DNA of 64,000 bases from a virus. Lineage: Duplodnaviria; Caudoviricetes. The stretch spans positions 32,001-96,000 of IMG/VR virus record IMGVR_UViG_2921473944_000002; one strand, given 5' to 3'. Under the pieces are notes generated by a model. It had not been told where the DNA came from, made no database searches, and worked only from the letters and a program-made list of their open reading frames with translations. Numbering within the stretch: the first letter of the stretch is position 1; every line of letters starts with the position of its first letter. The translations under genes and the position numbers were made by a program. Shown here one piece after another: positions 38,875 to 48,682 of this stretch.

Positions 38875-39132
38875 TTTAAACCGTAATGATATTACTGCTT
38901 TGCAGTGCTTCTTACTGTTAGTGGAAGTAACAACTTGAAAAGGAAAGGAGGAAACGCCTCCAGCACGGCAGGCGCTGCCGCATCCGGATCGAGCTTATAA
39001 AGAAACAAAGGATACAGGGAATCGCAAGATAACACATTGATTCTCAAATGCGCAAACTCAAAGCAAAGTCCCAGTACTCCGGCGATTTCGGCGACGTCAA
39101 ACAGGCTACCGTATATTAGATTACAGTTTAAA
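38875..39132 (+). ncRNA. Retron-like msr/msd ncRNA unit 4
   Basis: IR TTTAAACCGTAAT/ATTACAGTTTAAA; identical 32-nt core at 38907-38938; about 7.5 kb from the RT. Confidence 0.8.
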
Positions 39133-39221
39133 CAAAGAAAGGAGAAATATACAACATATGGCTGAAAAATATCTTATTGTCATGACAACTTGTGAATATC
39201 TCGACAGAAAGAAGGAGCAAA

Positions 39222-39392
39222 ATGAGTAGAGATAATACGTGCCTTTTCTGCAACGAATCAATCCCAGAGGGAAGAATGGTGTGCCCGGTGTGCGAGGAGG
39301 CATTGAGAAATATTCCTGCTGGAAAATATACAAAGAAATCATTCGTTGCTCGATTGAAGATGGAAGTAAAGAAATTGTTTAAAATCGCATAG
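39222..39392 (+). CDS. Small Zn-ribbon protein
   Basis: CLFC...CPVC; AAGGAG RBS. Confidence 0.55.
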   Translation: MSRDNTCLFCNESIPEGRMVCPVCEEALRNIPAGKYTKKSFVARLKMEVKKLFKIA

Positions 39393-39813
39393 GATTTTGC
39401 CCGGTTGAGATAACATACCACGGCTGTGAGTAGCGGTCGGATTCCAAGGTGGATATATAAGATGATATGTTGTGGTTGGTGCATATTATTTTTTATATAT
39501 CTGGGCGTAAAAGAAATAGAGGTTAGGTAGCGTTGCACTATCGAAGCGAGACGATGAGCTATCGCGAGGCGTAAGGCATTGCCTCAAAAGAGTCGTTATT
39601 CCTTCTCTGACTCTGAAATACCTTGGTAAGCTAAGGCGGGAAACACTAATCCCCCTGCTCCCCGGTAAGAAAGACTGAAAAGACTGTCGGCGACATACTT
39701 GACATGTTGTTGTAGTTAGAATATCGCCATGCGTAAAGGTGTTGGGTGAGGTCGGGAGTGGAGTTACTTATGCAATAGATTTGAAAAGAATAAACATATA
39801 TGAGGTGAAAATC

Positions 39814-42027
39814 ATGAGAGTTTTGTTGTTATTAAGAGGAAGTGCGGGATGCGGGAAATCAACATGGATTGAACAGCATGGTTTAAAGCAGTATGCATTA
39901 TCTGCTGATGATATCAGAATGATGTGTTCAAGTCCTCAGATGATGCCAGACGGAACACATGCAATCAATCAGGCAAATGACGGAGTGGTGTGGAAGACAC
40001 TGTTTAATATTCTGGAAACTAGAATGAGAAATGGGGAGTTTACAGTAATTGATGCCACAAACTCCAAAACAGCAGAGATGAATAGATACAAGAAGATGTG
40101 CGACGACTACAGATATAGAATGTATTGCGTTGATTTTACCACAATTCCTATTGAAGTCACAAAAGAAAGAAACCGTGGACGGCAGGAATTGAAAAGAGTG
40201 CCGGAAGAAGTAATCGATAAGATGTATGCGAGATTTGAGACACAGAAAATTCCATCAGGAATCAAGGTTATTAAGCCAGATGAGTTAAACGCTGTTTTGG
40301 TGAAGTTGAAAGATGAAATATTTCCGTACTTCTTTTCTTTGATGTGTTTGTTGCGACGTAATTCAAAAATCCATTCCCCGACAGAATCCGCATTAGGCTC
40401 TAACTTCTCTGGCTCTCTAAATACGGTATTCTGTACCTCGACAGGAACGAAAGACCCATCGTTATCGAGAATAGCTGCTCTAAGATTTCCACCAAACTCG
40501 ACTCTTCCTTCAAGATTGAAGACATGATCGTTGACTTTTACTGGAAGACCTTTGGTATTTCTATGACCATGAACCTGATAGAATCCATCACCCATCTTTT
40601 CAGCAAATGTAGATGCGACCTGTTCTGCGTCATTGTATCTTCCAACACCTTTAATCATCTGACTTGTGGCAACTGTGGTTAAATTATCCGGGATAAAACT
40701 CAAACCCGCATGTGTTGCAAGCACTGTTTTTCCACGAAATTCATAGTAAGCACACTGTCCCATTCTTCTGTAAAGCTTTCTGATTGACTTCTTGTCGATT
40801 TCAGCATCTTCGATCTCGGCTTTTGTATGGAACTCAAATTCCTTTGAATTACTTACTTTATCATGCGCCCAGTCCCATAACCACCGTTCGTGATTTCCTT
40901 CAAGCAGTAAAACATTCGGCTTATCGCAGGTTGAAAGGAGAAATTTCAGGACATCAGCATTTTCGATGCCGCGATCTGTATAATCTCCGCAGAAAATATA
41001 AAACTCATCATCTTTAAAACCGCCATTCATCTCGAAATATGTATCCAGCGCAGTCATACATCCATGAATATCTCCAATGTGATGAATGCGCTTGTACTGG
41101 TTCAAATCAAATTTCTTCATAAATACAGCGTTTTATGATGGTATTTGGGATTCTCAGACTACAAAGGCGAGAGGTTTGTATATTGATATTCCAAAGCAGA
41201 AAATAGTAGCCAGAGCATATGATAAGTTCTTCAATGTGAATGAACGACCAGAGACAAAACTTGAAATGCTGCAGGATAAACTGTCATTCCCGGTGAGAGT
41301 GTATGTTAAGGAGAATGGATATCTTGGAATTGTTGCAAATAATCCAGAAACAGGAGAACTGTTTGTAACTACGAAATCCAATCCGGAAGGATCATTCGCA
41401 GAATGGTTTATGGAGGCGCTTCAGAAACAGCTCGGAACAGAAACACTCAACAAGGTAAATGAGTATTCAAAAGAGCACAATGTATCCTTCGTGTTTGAAA
41501 ACGTAGATATGGAACGCGATCCACACATCATTAAATATCCAGAAAGTAAAGTATTTCTTCTTGATATTGTGGTAAACGATATGAATTTCCAGAAGCTGAA
41601 TTATGAGGATATGTGCAATGTTGCTGACTCAATGAACATTCCTCACAAAGAGCTTGGTTATGAGATTGATACATGGCAGGAGTTCTTTGATTGGTATAAC
41701 GAAGTAATGGCAGAAGATTATAGATACAATGGAAGACTTATTGAAGGATTTGTTGTAGAGGATTCGAATGGATATATGGTCAAGCTGAAATTAGCATACT
41801 ACCATTTTTGGAAGTTCATGAGATCTATTGCTCATGAGGCAATTAGAAAAGGATATATTGATCCAAAAAGAACGGCTGCACTTGTAACGCCTGTTGCAAA
41901 TCAGTTCTATGCCTGGGTGAAAACACTTCATGATTCGGAAGATTTGGACAGCGTTCCGAGGGATATCTGCACACTGAGAGATATGTTTTACGAATCAGAT
42001 TCAGGCAAGAAATTCAAATATGAATAG
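39814..42027 (+). pseudogene. Pnkp-type RNA repair enzyme (kinase-phosphatase-ligase) interrupted by an internal inversion (~40296-41124)
   Basis: P-loop kinase (GSAGCGKS) on +, phosphoesterase (GDIHG, GDYTDRG, GNHE) on -, ligase (KARG, KENG, EGFV) on +; re-inversion restores one 737-aa ORF. Confidence 0.85.
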
Positions 42028-42176
42028 GAGATGATTATTCATGACGGTAGTTATTGTCGGAGCGGTTTGTTTCGGTGTCGGTCTTTTGACCGGCGTCGGA
42101 CTTGTTTGTCTAGTCAGTATAGACAGAGTAAACCGTGAGAACAATTGATGAAGAATTTAGATAAAGGAGGACAATT

Positions 42177-42818
42177 ATGAATTTAAAAGAAGCGTTTAGA
42201 TACCAGAATTTTTTGGATAGAATTTTTGGAGCAGCTTGTGTTAGTATTGAGAAAAGAGACCACTGTCTAACTCAGACAAGAAATCATCTTTATAATAAGG
42301 TGAATCCAGATATGGAAAATGTCAAAGAAGAGGTCAAAACAGAAGAAGATTTCTTTGCGAATGATGATGTGATTCAGGCGATGTTATTTCTGATTGAAGA
42401 AAAGGAAAAGCTTTCAATTGCAATCAATAAAGCAAAGGAATCCATTGATATGGATATTGATGCTGCGGTATCTGTTAATAAGTATAGACAGTTGCTTAAT
42501 AAGTCCGTTGCTTTTATGATGCGATTAAACCCATGCACTCGAATCGAAACAGGAATCGCACAGAAGTTCAATTCAACAGGTGATCCAGTAGATTATAAAT
42601 ATGATGTAGAGGTTACGAGTGTCGAAGCCTATGACAGAAAAGCTGCAAAGAAGATTATGAAAAAAGTAATCTCGGAGGCAGACAAAACATCAGCAGCTAT
42701 TGACTTTGTAAAGGTAAACACTACAGTCGATTATACACCTGTATTCGATGTAAATGATTCATTTGAAGATGTGATGAATACATTTTTAGAGATGCAGGGA
42801 AATAAAGAACAGAAGTAG
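42177..42818 (+). CDS. Hypothetical helical protein
   Basis: 213 aa, AGGAGG RBS. Confidence 0.7.
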   Translation: MNLKEAFRYQNFLDRIFGAACVSIEKRDHCLTQTRNHLYNKVNPDMENVKEEVKTEEDFFANDDVIQAMLFLIEEKEKLSIAINKAKESIDMDIDAAVSVNKYRQLLNKSVAFMMRLNPCTRIETGIAQKFNSTGDPVDYKYDVEVTSVEAYDRKAAKKIMKKVISEADKTSAAIDFVKVNTTVDYTPVFDVNDSFEDVMNTFLEMQGNKEQK

Positions 42819-42824
42819 GGAGCC

Positions 42825-43305
42825 ATCGGCTCTCTGATTTGGGCAGTAATTTAGGACGGTATAATATCAGTGTCTGACAGTACATAACTGTTAGTCTTCA
42901 GCGATGGAGACTTATAATGCAGGAAACATCTTTTAGATGTTTACAATAAATCTAAGTAAAAGAATATTGAATTTCTAGCGAAATTTGACTGGTTTCTCCA
43001 AATGTTTTGCTATGCGTTACATGCCATAACACGATAAATTCATAATCATATAACACCAATATATAGCATACATCATGCATTAAGTATTTGCCATGCGACA
43101 CAGATATGCTATTTTCTTTCAAAGGATAAAGGATATTGAATTTAATTTAGTTAAAGACACATATGGTAAATAAAAATTGAAAACATGTACGATTATTTGG
43201 TTATAATGACTGATAATGGTATTTTGCAATTTTTGGTTGCGTAGCTCATAGAGCATTTCTGATATTCATATTAGAATAAATTGCTGTTCAAATCAGGGAG
43301 CTGAT
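42825..43305 (+). ncRNA. Candidate structured RNA closed by a 29-bp stem
   Basis: 42825-42853 pairs with 43277-43305; all differences are G-U compatible on the + strand. Confidence 0.5.
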
Positions 43306-43322
43306 AGAAAGAGGTATATAAT

Positions 43323-43784
43323 ATGGAAACATTTGTAGGTGTTCAATTGAAGTCCGATTCAACATTAGCCTATTGGTTCTCTGTCCCGGAAGAGTTGCGA
43401 GAGGATATCCGCATGGGTTGCAACGTGATATGTACAACTGTAAGAGGAAACCCAGAAGGAAAAATTGTGAAGATTCTTGATGGAATAAGCAACAATGATG
43501 CTTTGAAAATTATACCGGAGCGGTACTTTCCTTTAAAAGAAATTATAGCTGTTTCAAGACAGTATGATCTCAAAGATATTTATATTCCGATGGAATTAGA
43601 GATGGTGTCGATTAAGCCAGAGGATATAGCAAATCGTATGAAAGAATTTTATGATACAGGTAGATTTTCAAAAGTAATTGTGAAATCTGGCGGTCAGTTA
43701 GTTGATGGATACGATGCTGTTCTTGTGGCGAGAATGTTTGGACACGATTCGATACTGGGATGGACGTTAAAATTCGACGAATGA
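43323..43784 (+). CDS. Hypothetical protein
   Basis: GAGG RBS. Confidence 0.6.
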   Translation: METFVGVQLKSDSTLAYWFSVPEELREDIRMGCNVICTTVRGNPEGKIVKILDGISNNDALKIIPERYFPLKEIIAVSRQYDLKDIYIPMELEMVSIKPEDIANRMKEFYDTGRFSKVIVKSGGQLVDGYDAVLVARMFGHDSILGWTLKFDE

Positions 43785-43954
43785 TAGGGGTGATAAAGTG
43801 ATTGATGCGTGTTTGCAATTGATTGTATCAATTATAGCTTTACTATGCATAATCTTGGTAATTAAGGCTATATCAAACAATCCAGATGCAAGATGTCAAT
43901 ACGGCAATTGTGATGAATGCCCATTCCCTAGATGCAGAAAGGAGATGCGCAAAC

Positions 43955-44716
43955 ATGGGCGTATACATAACAGGAGATTGCCACGGAGAATGGCAAAAAC
44001 TCATTTATTATAGCAGATGCAAAAATCTCACTGACAAGGATTTTATTATTGTATGTGGAGACTTTGGGATTTGGAATGATTCTGACGGATACGAGACGAT
44101 GAAATTAAATATGTTATCTAAAATTAAACCAATGGTAGTGTTCGTTGATGGAAATCATGAAAATTTTGACAGACTTTATAGTGATGAATTTGAGACGGTT
44201 GATTTTTGTGGTGGTAAGGCGCAGAAAATTAGAGATAATATATATCATCTACTTAGGGGATATGTATTTGAATTCTGCGGAAAGAAATTCTTTGCCTTTG
44301 GAGGGGCTAGTAGTCATGATATAGATGACGGTATTCTTAATCCAGATGAGTATGAATGTTGGCATGATTTTATGGAAGTTGTAAATGAGTGGGATAAGAA
44401 GAGAATGATGTTCCGCATCAAAGGGATGTCTTGGTGGGAAAGAGAACTCCCGACAGAAGAGGAAATGAATTTTGGAAAAGAGATGCTTGTTGAAAATGAT
44501 AATGAAGTTGATTTTATCATTTCACATTGTTGTCCGCAACAGATTGCAGCTCTGTTTTCTCATGGCATGTACAAGCAAGATGCGCTGACAAATTATTTCG
44601 ATGAGATTATGGATAATACGAAGTTTACCCGGTGGTATTTTGGTCATTACCATGATGACAGAACTATTATGGGTAAATTCATCATGCTATATGACTCATT
44701 TGAAAGAGTGGTGTAG
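43955..44716 (+). CDS. Metallophosphoesterase
   Basis: GDCHG, GDFG, GNHE, HCCP, GHYH. Confidence 0.85.
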   Translation: MGVYITGDCHGEWQKLIYYSRCKNLTDKDFIIVCGDFGIWNDSDGYETMKLNMLSKIKPMVVFVDGNHENFDRLYSDEFETVDFCGGKAQKIRDNIYHLLRGYVFEFCGKKFFAFGGASSHDIDDGILNPDEYECWHDFMEVVNEWDKKRMMFRIKGMSWWERELPTEEEMNFGKEMLVENDNEVDFIISHCCPQQIAALFSHGMYKQDALTNYFDEIMDNTKFTRWYFGHYHDDRTIMGKFIMLYDSFERVV

Positions 44717-44717
44717 G

Positions 44718-45317
44718 ATGGAGGTTAAAATTAGTAGCGGAAATTCAAAGCTTGGCAAGATTCCAAGCGTATCGTTACCAGCAGGGATTACCTGTAGAAA
44801 TGATTGTGAATGCAGCAAGAAGTGTTATGCGAAAAAGCTGGAGAGATTACGGAGAACCGTAAGAGAAGCATATCAACATAATTACGATTTGCTGAAAAAT
44901 AAACCAGATGTGTATTGGAGAGAGGTCGAGGCGTCAATTATGATGTCTCGATTTTTTAGATTCCATGTTTCTGGAGATATCCCTGATGAGGAGTATTTGA
45001 TACATATGATTGAAGTAGCTGAAAGAAATCCGCATTGTGAGATTCTATGTTTCACAAAGAAGTATGAGATTGTAAATAAAATACTACTTTTATATCCGAT
45101 TCCAGCCAATTTACATTTGATTTTAAGTGGATGGGTAGGATTTAAAATGGAGAACCCTCTTAATCTGCCAGAAGCTCATGTAAGGTATAGAGATGGGACA
45201 ACAACGGCAAAAGAAGATGCGGTTGAATGTGCAGGCAATTGTACTGAATGTGCGATTACTGATGGCGGATGTTGGTCTTTGCAAAATGGAGAGCAGGTTG
45301 TTTTTAATGAACATTAG
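44718..45317 (+). CDS. Gp88-like Cys-rich phage protein
   Basis: GNSKLG, CYAKK, FRFHVSGD, C-terminal Cys cluster. Confidence 0.6.
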   Translation: MEVKISSGNSKLGKIPSVSLPAGITCRNDCECSKKCYAKKLERLRRTVREAYQHNYDLLKNKPDVYWREVEASIMMSRFFRFHVSGDIPDEEYLIHMIEVAERNPHCEILCFTKKYEIVNKILLLYPIPANLHLILSGWVGFKMENPLNLPEAHVRYRDGTTTAKEDAVECAGNCTECAITDGGCWSLQNGEQVVFNEH

Positions 45318-45320
45318 GAG

Positions 45321-45662
45321 GTGATGAAATTGAATAGGGATAAACGTAGAAAATTTATTAAGGAAGCGAAAAAGAAAGGGATCCCAAAGGAGTATATTGA
45401 TGCTTACCTTACTATGATGAATAGCAATGAGACAAATGACGAAATCAAAGAGAATGAAAAAGTTATGGTGAATGTTGAACGTGTTACATCATCCAAAAAT
45501 TACGATTCAATGAATGGCAGATATAAAGAATTCATTCAGAATTGTATTGGTCAGATCTTTACAGCTCATATAGAAGACAATGGTCTAATCAGCCTTAAAG
45601 AAAATCCAGAATGGTTGTTTTGGGGCGGAGATTTAATTAAATGCAGAGGAGATGACGTTTAA
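45321..45662 (+). CDS. Hypothetical protein
   Basis: AGGAGG RBS. Confidence 0.6.
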   Translation: MMKLNRDKRRKFIKEAKKKGIPKEYIDAYLTMMNSNETNDEIKENEKVMVNVERVTSSKNYDSMNGRYKEFIQNCIGQIFTAHIEDNGLISLKENPEWLFWGGDLIKCRGDDV

Positions 45663-45672
45663 CTGATAAAAT

Positions 45673-45954
45673 TTGATTATGGAGGTGGTCAAAACGGATG
45701 CTGTAGAAACACTGAAAAAAGAGCTATGCAAATTTGCAAGTAATAAACTACATGCAAGCTATGCAGATCTTCTATCAATTATAAGTATCATTGACAAATA
45801 TAACACTCATGCCGGAGTAATAGAAGGAATTCCAATTGATTGCATTACCATACATAATCGAGTGCTTGCTCTTAGGTACGATGAAAATTACACACTTGAT
45901 GATGTGAGATGTACAGGCATCCATTTTACGAAGGCAGAGCTTGGAATTGGCTGA
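45673..45954 (+). CDS. Hypothetical protein
   Basis: ORF in the gene string. Confidence 0.45.
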   Translation: MIMEVVKTDAVETLKKELCKFASNKLHASYADLLSIISIIDKYNTHAGVIEGIPIDCITIHNRVLALRYDENYTLDDVRCTGIHFTKAELGIG

Positions 45955-46076
45955 ATGAAGAAATAATGCGTAATTTCCAATTAAATATATAGAGAAATAT
46001 ATTCGGTCATGAATGATGAGCGTGCAGAAATGTATGTCTCATCATTTTTTGATAAATAAAAGAAAGGAGAAAACTA

Positions 46077-48668
46077 ATGAATGGATTAAGTAGCAAGGAG
46101 GTTTTAGATAGCAGAAAACTTCACGGGAGTAATAAGCTACCGGAACCGAAAATGAAGAAGTGGTATGACTTTGCAAAAGAAGCACTGAGCGAGAAGATCA
46201 CAATGATTCTTATTGCAATTGCTGTTTTGCAGTTATTCCTCGGATTCATGGGAGTAATGGAACTTTCTGATCCGATCATGATTCTTGTGGTACTTGCAAT
46301 CGTGACAGCGATTGCTGTAAAGACTGGACTTGGTGTTCAGAAGTCAGCAGCAGAGTTGCGAGCAAAGACGTCGGTCAGGTACTGCGATGTAATTCGTGAT
46401 GGGAAAGTTCAGACAATCAACAAGGATGAGTTGGTTGTTGGAGATTTAGTATGTGTAGGTATGGGACAGGAGATTTTCGCCGATGGTTATATTGTAGATG
46501 GAAAAATCTCAGTGAATAATGCAGCAATCAATGGAGAGACAAAAGAGTGTAAGAAGACGCCGATTCAAGGATACATACACGCAAAAACTACATCAACATC
46601 TGCATATACAAACCCGAACTGCTTGTTTGCAGGAACTACGGTTATGTCAGGCGAGGGCAAGATGATTGTCACAGATGTGGGCGTAAATACAGTCAACGGG
46701 GATACGATGGTTAAGATGCAGACATTGGAATCTCCAAAAACAGCTCTTGATATCGCACTCGATAATTTGAGTGACTTTATTTCAAAATGGGGAACCGTCG
46801 CAGCTGTGGTAACATTTGCAGTTTTAACAATGACTGGCATCATGAGTGTTGGGTTCAGCAACTATTTCGGAGGACATGTTTTAGATGTGATCAAGAAAAT
46901 CGCACAGAATTTCTCTGTCGCATTAACAATTATTGTAGCAGCAGTTCCGGAGGGACTTCCACTGATTGTAAAACTCGTAACAAAGCAAAATGTTCGGACG
47001 ATGGAGACGTTTAATATTCTGGCGAAGAATCCAGGCAAAATTCCAGAGCTTGCTTACGTGGATATTATTTGTACGGATAAGACTGGTACGCTTACAACCG
47101 GAGTCATGACTCCAAAGAAAATAATCGATGCATTTGTAGATGAAGTCGATGAGTCATCTGAATTATGGAAAGCTATGGTCAATAATATCTGTGTCAATAA
47201 CAGTGCGGTGTTTGATGGCAATGGAGAAATTACTGGAGGTAATTCTATTGACCGTGCGGTATTAACTTTGACGGATTCTGAAGAGTATGGGAAAATCGGG
47301 AATGACTTACAGGTCAAAGCGAAACAGGTCTTCAATAGTTCTAATAAATATTCCGCAGTAAGTTGTTCAAATGAAGTTACCTATTATAAAGGTGCTCCAG
47401 AAAAACTCATTGAGCATTGCACGACAGCTCTTGGAGATGGGATTCAGACGTTTACAGACATCGATAAAATCAGACTGCTTGAGAACATTAAAGAAATGAC
47501 AACGAAGTCAATGAGGTGCATTGCTCTTACACAGTCGAAGGAAGAACTTGTTGAGAATGAACTTCCAAATAACATGACATTATTAGGAATTATCGGAGTT
47601 GTAGATCCGGTGAGAGAGGAAGTTCCAAATGCAGTAGCAATGGCTCATAAAGCAGGTATTCAGGTAATCGAGATTACAGGGGATTGTCTTGAAACTGCAC
47701 AGGCAGTAGCTGCTGAATGCGGTATCTATATGCCGGGTGATTTAGCCATTACAAATGATGAATTTGAATCGATGTCAGACGACGAGGTTAAGAGTATTAT
47801 TCCACGATTGAGAGTTATTTCCAGATGTTCACCGAACACAAAGCTGAGATTGGTAACTCTTGCACAGGAGATTGGGAAATCTGTGGCAATGACAGGTGAC
47901 GGAGTGAATGATTCTCCAGCGTTGAAGAGAGCAGATGTTGGATTTGGAATGCAAGGTGGGTCTGACGTGGCGAAAGAAGCGTCAGATATCGTATTGACTG
48001 ATGATAACTTTGCAAGTGTTGTCAAAGCAGTAGAGCTTGGAAGAACGTTCATGCATAACATCATGATGTTTCTTGAATTCCAGCTCCCAATCAACATTGC
48101 ACTTTTGATTTTGAGTGTGATTTATCCAATGATTGCAACAGGAGCGCTGCTTGCATCAGTTCAGATTTTAATTATCAACATTATTATGGACTCTTTGAAT
48201 TCACTGTCATTTGGTGGCGAACCTCCAAAAGAGGAGTATATGTCAGAGAAACCTATTAAAAAAGGTTCTGGACTTTTTATTCGAGGAGCAAAAAAACGGA
48301 TTGCAATTAGTACAGCAGCCTTTATTGCACTGTACGGAATTATCACATTTAGTCCAGTATCAAATATGTTTGCTTCAGATGCTGAATCTATGACAGCAAG
48401 ATTCGCATTGCTATGTTTTATGGCAGTGTTCAATGGATTTAATATTCGTACTGAACATATGAACTTATTCAAAGGCATTGGAAAAAACAAGCTGTTTGCG
48501 TATATTGCAATTGGCATTTTTGCAATGACGGTTATTTTGTGTGATTTTGTAGGAACTCTTATCAAAGCAACACCGCTTGATGTGATGCATTGGTTAGTAA
48601 TTATTGCAATCGCATTTTTAGTTATCCCAGTCGATCTTGTAAGAAAGGCTGTTGATAATAGAAAGTAA
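46077..48668 (+). CDS. P-type (Ca2+-type, P2) ATPase
   Basis: VPEGL, DKTGTLT, KGAPE, TGD, TGDGVND and multiple TM helices. Confidence 0.93.
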   Translation: MNGLSSKEVLDSRKLHGSNKLPEPKMKKWYDFAKEALSEKITMILIAIAVLQLFLGFMGVMELSDPIMILVVLAIVTAIAVKTGLGVQKSAAELRAKTSVRYCDVIRDGKVQTINKDELVVGDLVCVGMGQEIFADGYIVDGKISVNNAAINGETKECKKTPIQGYIHAKTTSTSAYTNPNCLFAGTTVMSGEGKMIVTDVGVNTVNGDTMVKMQTLESPKTALDIALDNLSDFISKWGTVAAVVTFAVLTMTGIMSVGFSNYFGGHVLDVIKKIAQNFSVALTIIVAAVPEGLPLIVKLVTKQNVRTMETFNILAKNPGKIPELAYVDIICTDKTGTLTTGVMTPKKIIDAFVDEVDESSELWKAMVNNICVNNSAVFDGNGEITGGNSIDRAVLTLTDSEEYGKIGNDLQVKAKQVFNSSNKYSAVSCSNEVTYYKGAPEKLIEHCTTALGDGIQTFTDIDKIRLLENIKEMTTKSMRCIALTQSKEELVENELPNNMTLLGIIGVVDPVREEVPNAVAMAHKAGIQVIEITGDCLETAQAVAAECGIYMPGDLAITNDEFESMSDDEVKSIIPRLRVISRCSPNTKLRLVTLAQEIGKSVAMTGDGVNDSPALKRADVGFGMQGGSDVAKEASDIVLTDDNFASVVKAVELGRTFMHNIMMFLEFQLPINIALLILSVIYPMIATGALLASVQILIINIIMDSLNSLSFGGEPPKEEYMSEKPIKKGSGLFIRGAKKRIAISTAAFIALYGIITFSPVSNMFASDAESMTARFALLCFMAVFNGFNIRTEHMNLFKGIGKNKLFAYIAIGIFAMTVILCDFVGTLIKATPLDVMHWLVIIAIAFLVIPVDLVRKAVDNRK

Positions 48669-48682
48669 GGAGGTATAAGGAA

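Noticed and set aside
30029-38938. The 32-nt repeat as a CRISPR repeat or a DGR TR/VR pair
   Set aside because: Copies are 260 bp to 7 kb apart, non-coding and embedded in IR-closed units; differences are compensatory rather than adenine-specific; no Avd gene or target VR is seen
40107-41120. Independent minus-strand phosphatase gene
   Set aside because: It is the inverted middle of the Pnkp gene; its tail is antisense read-through of the kinase part
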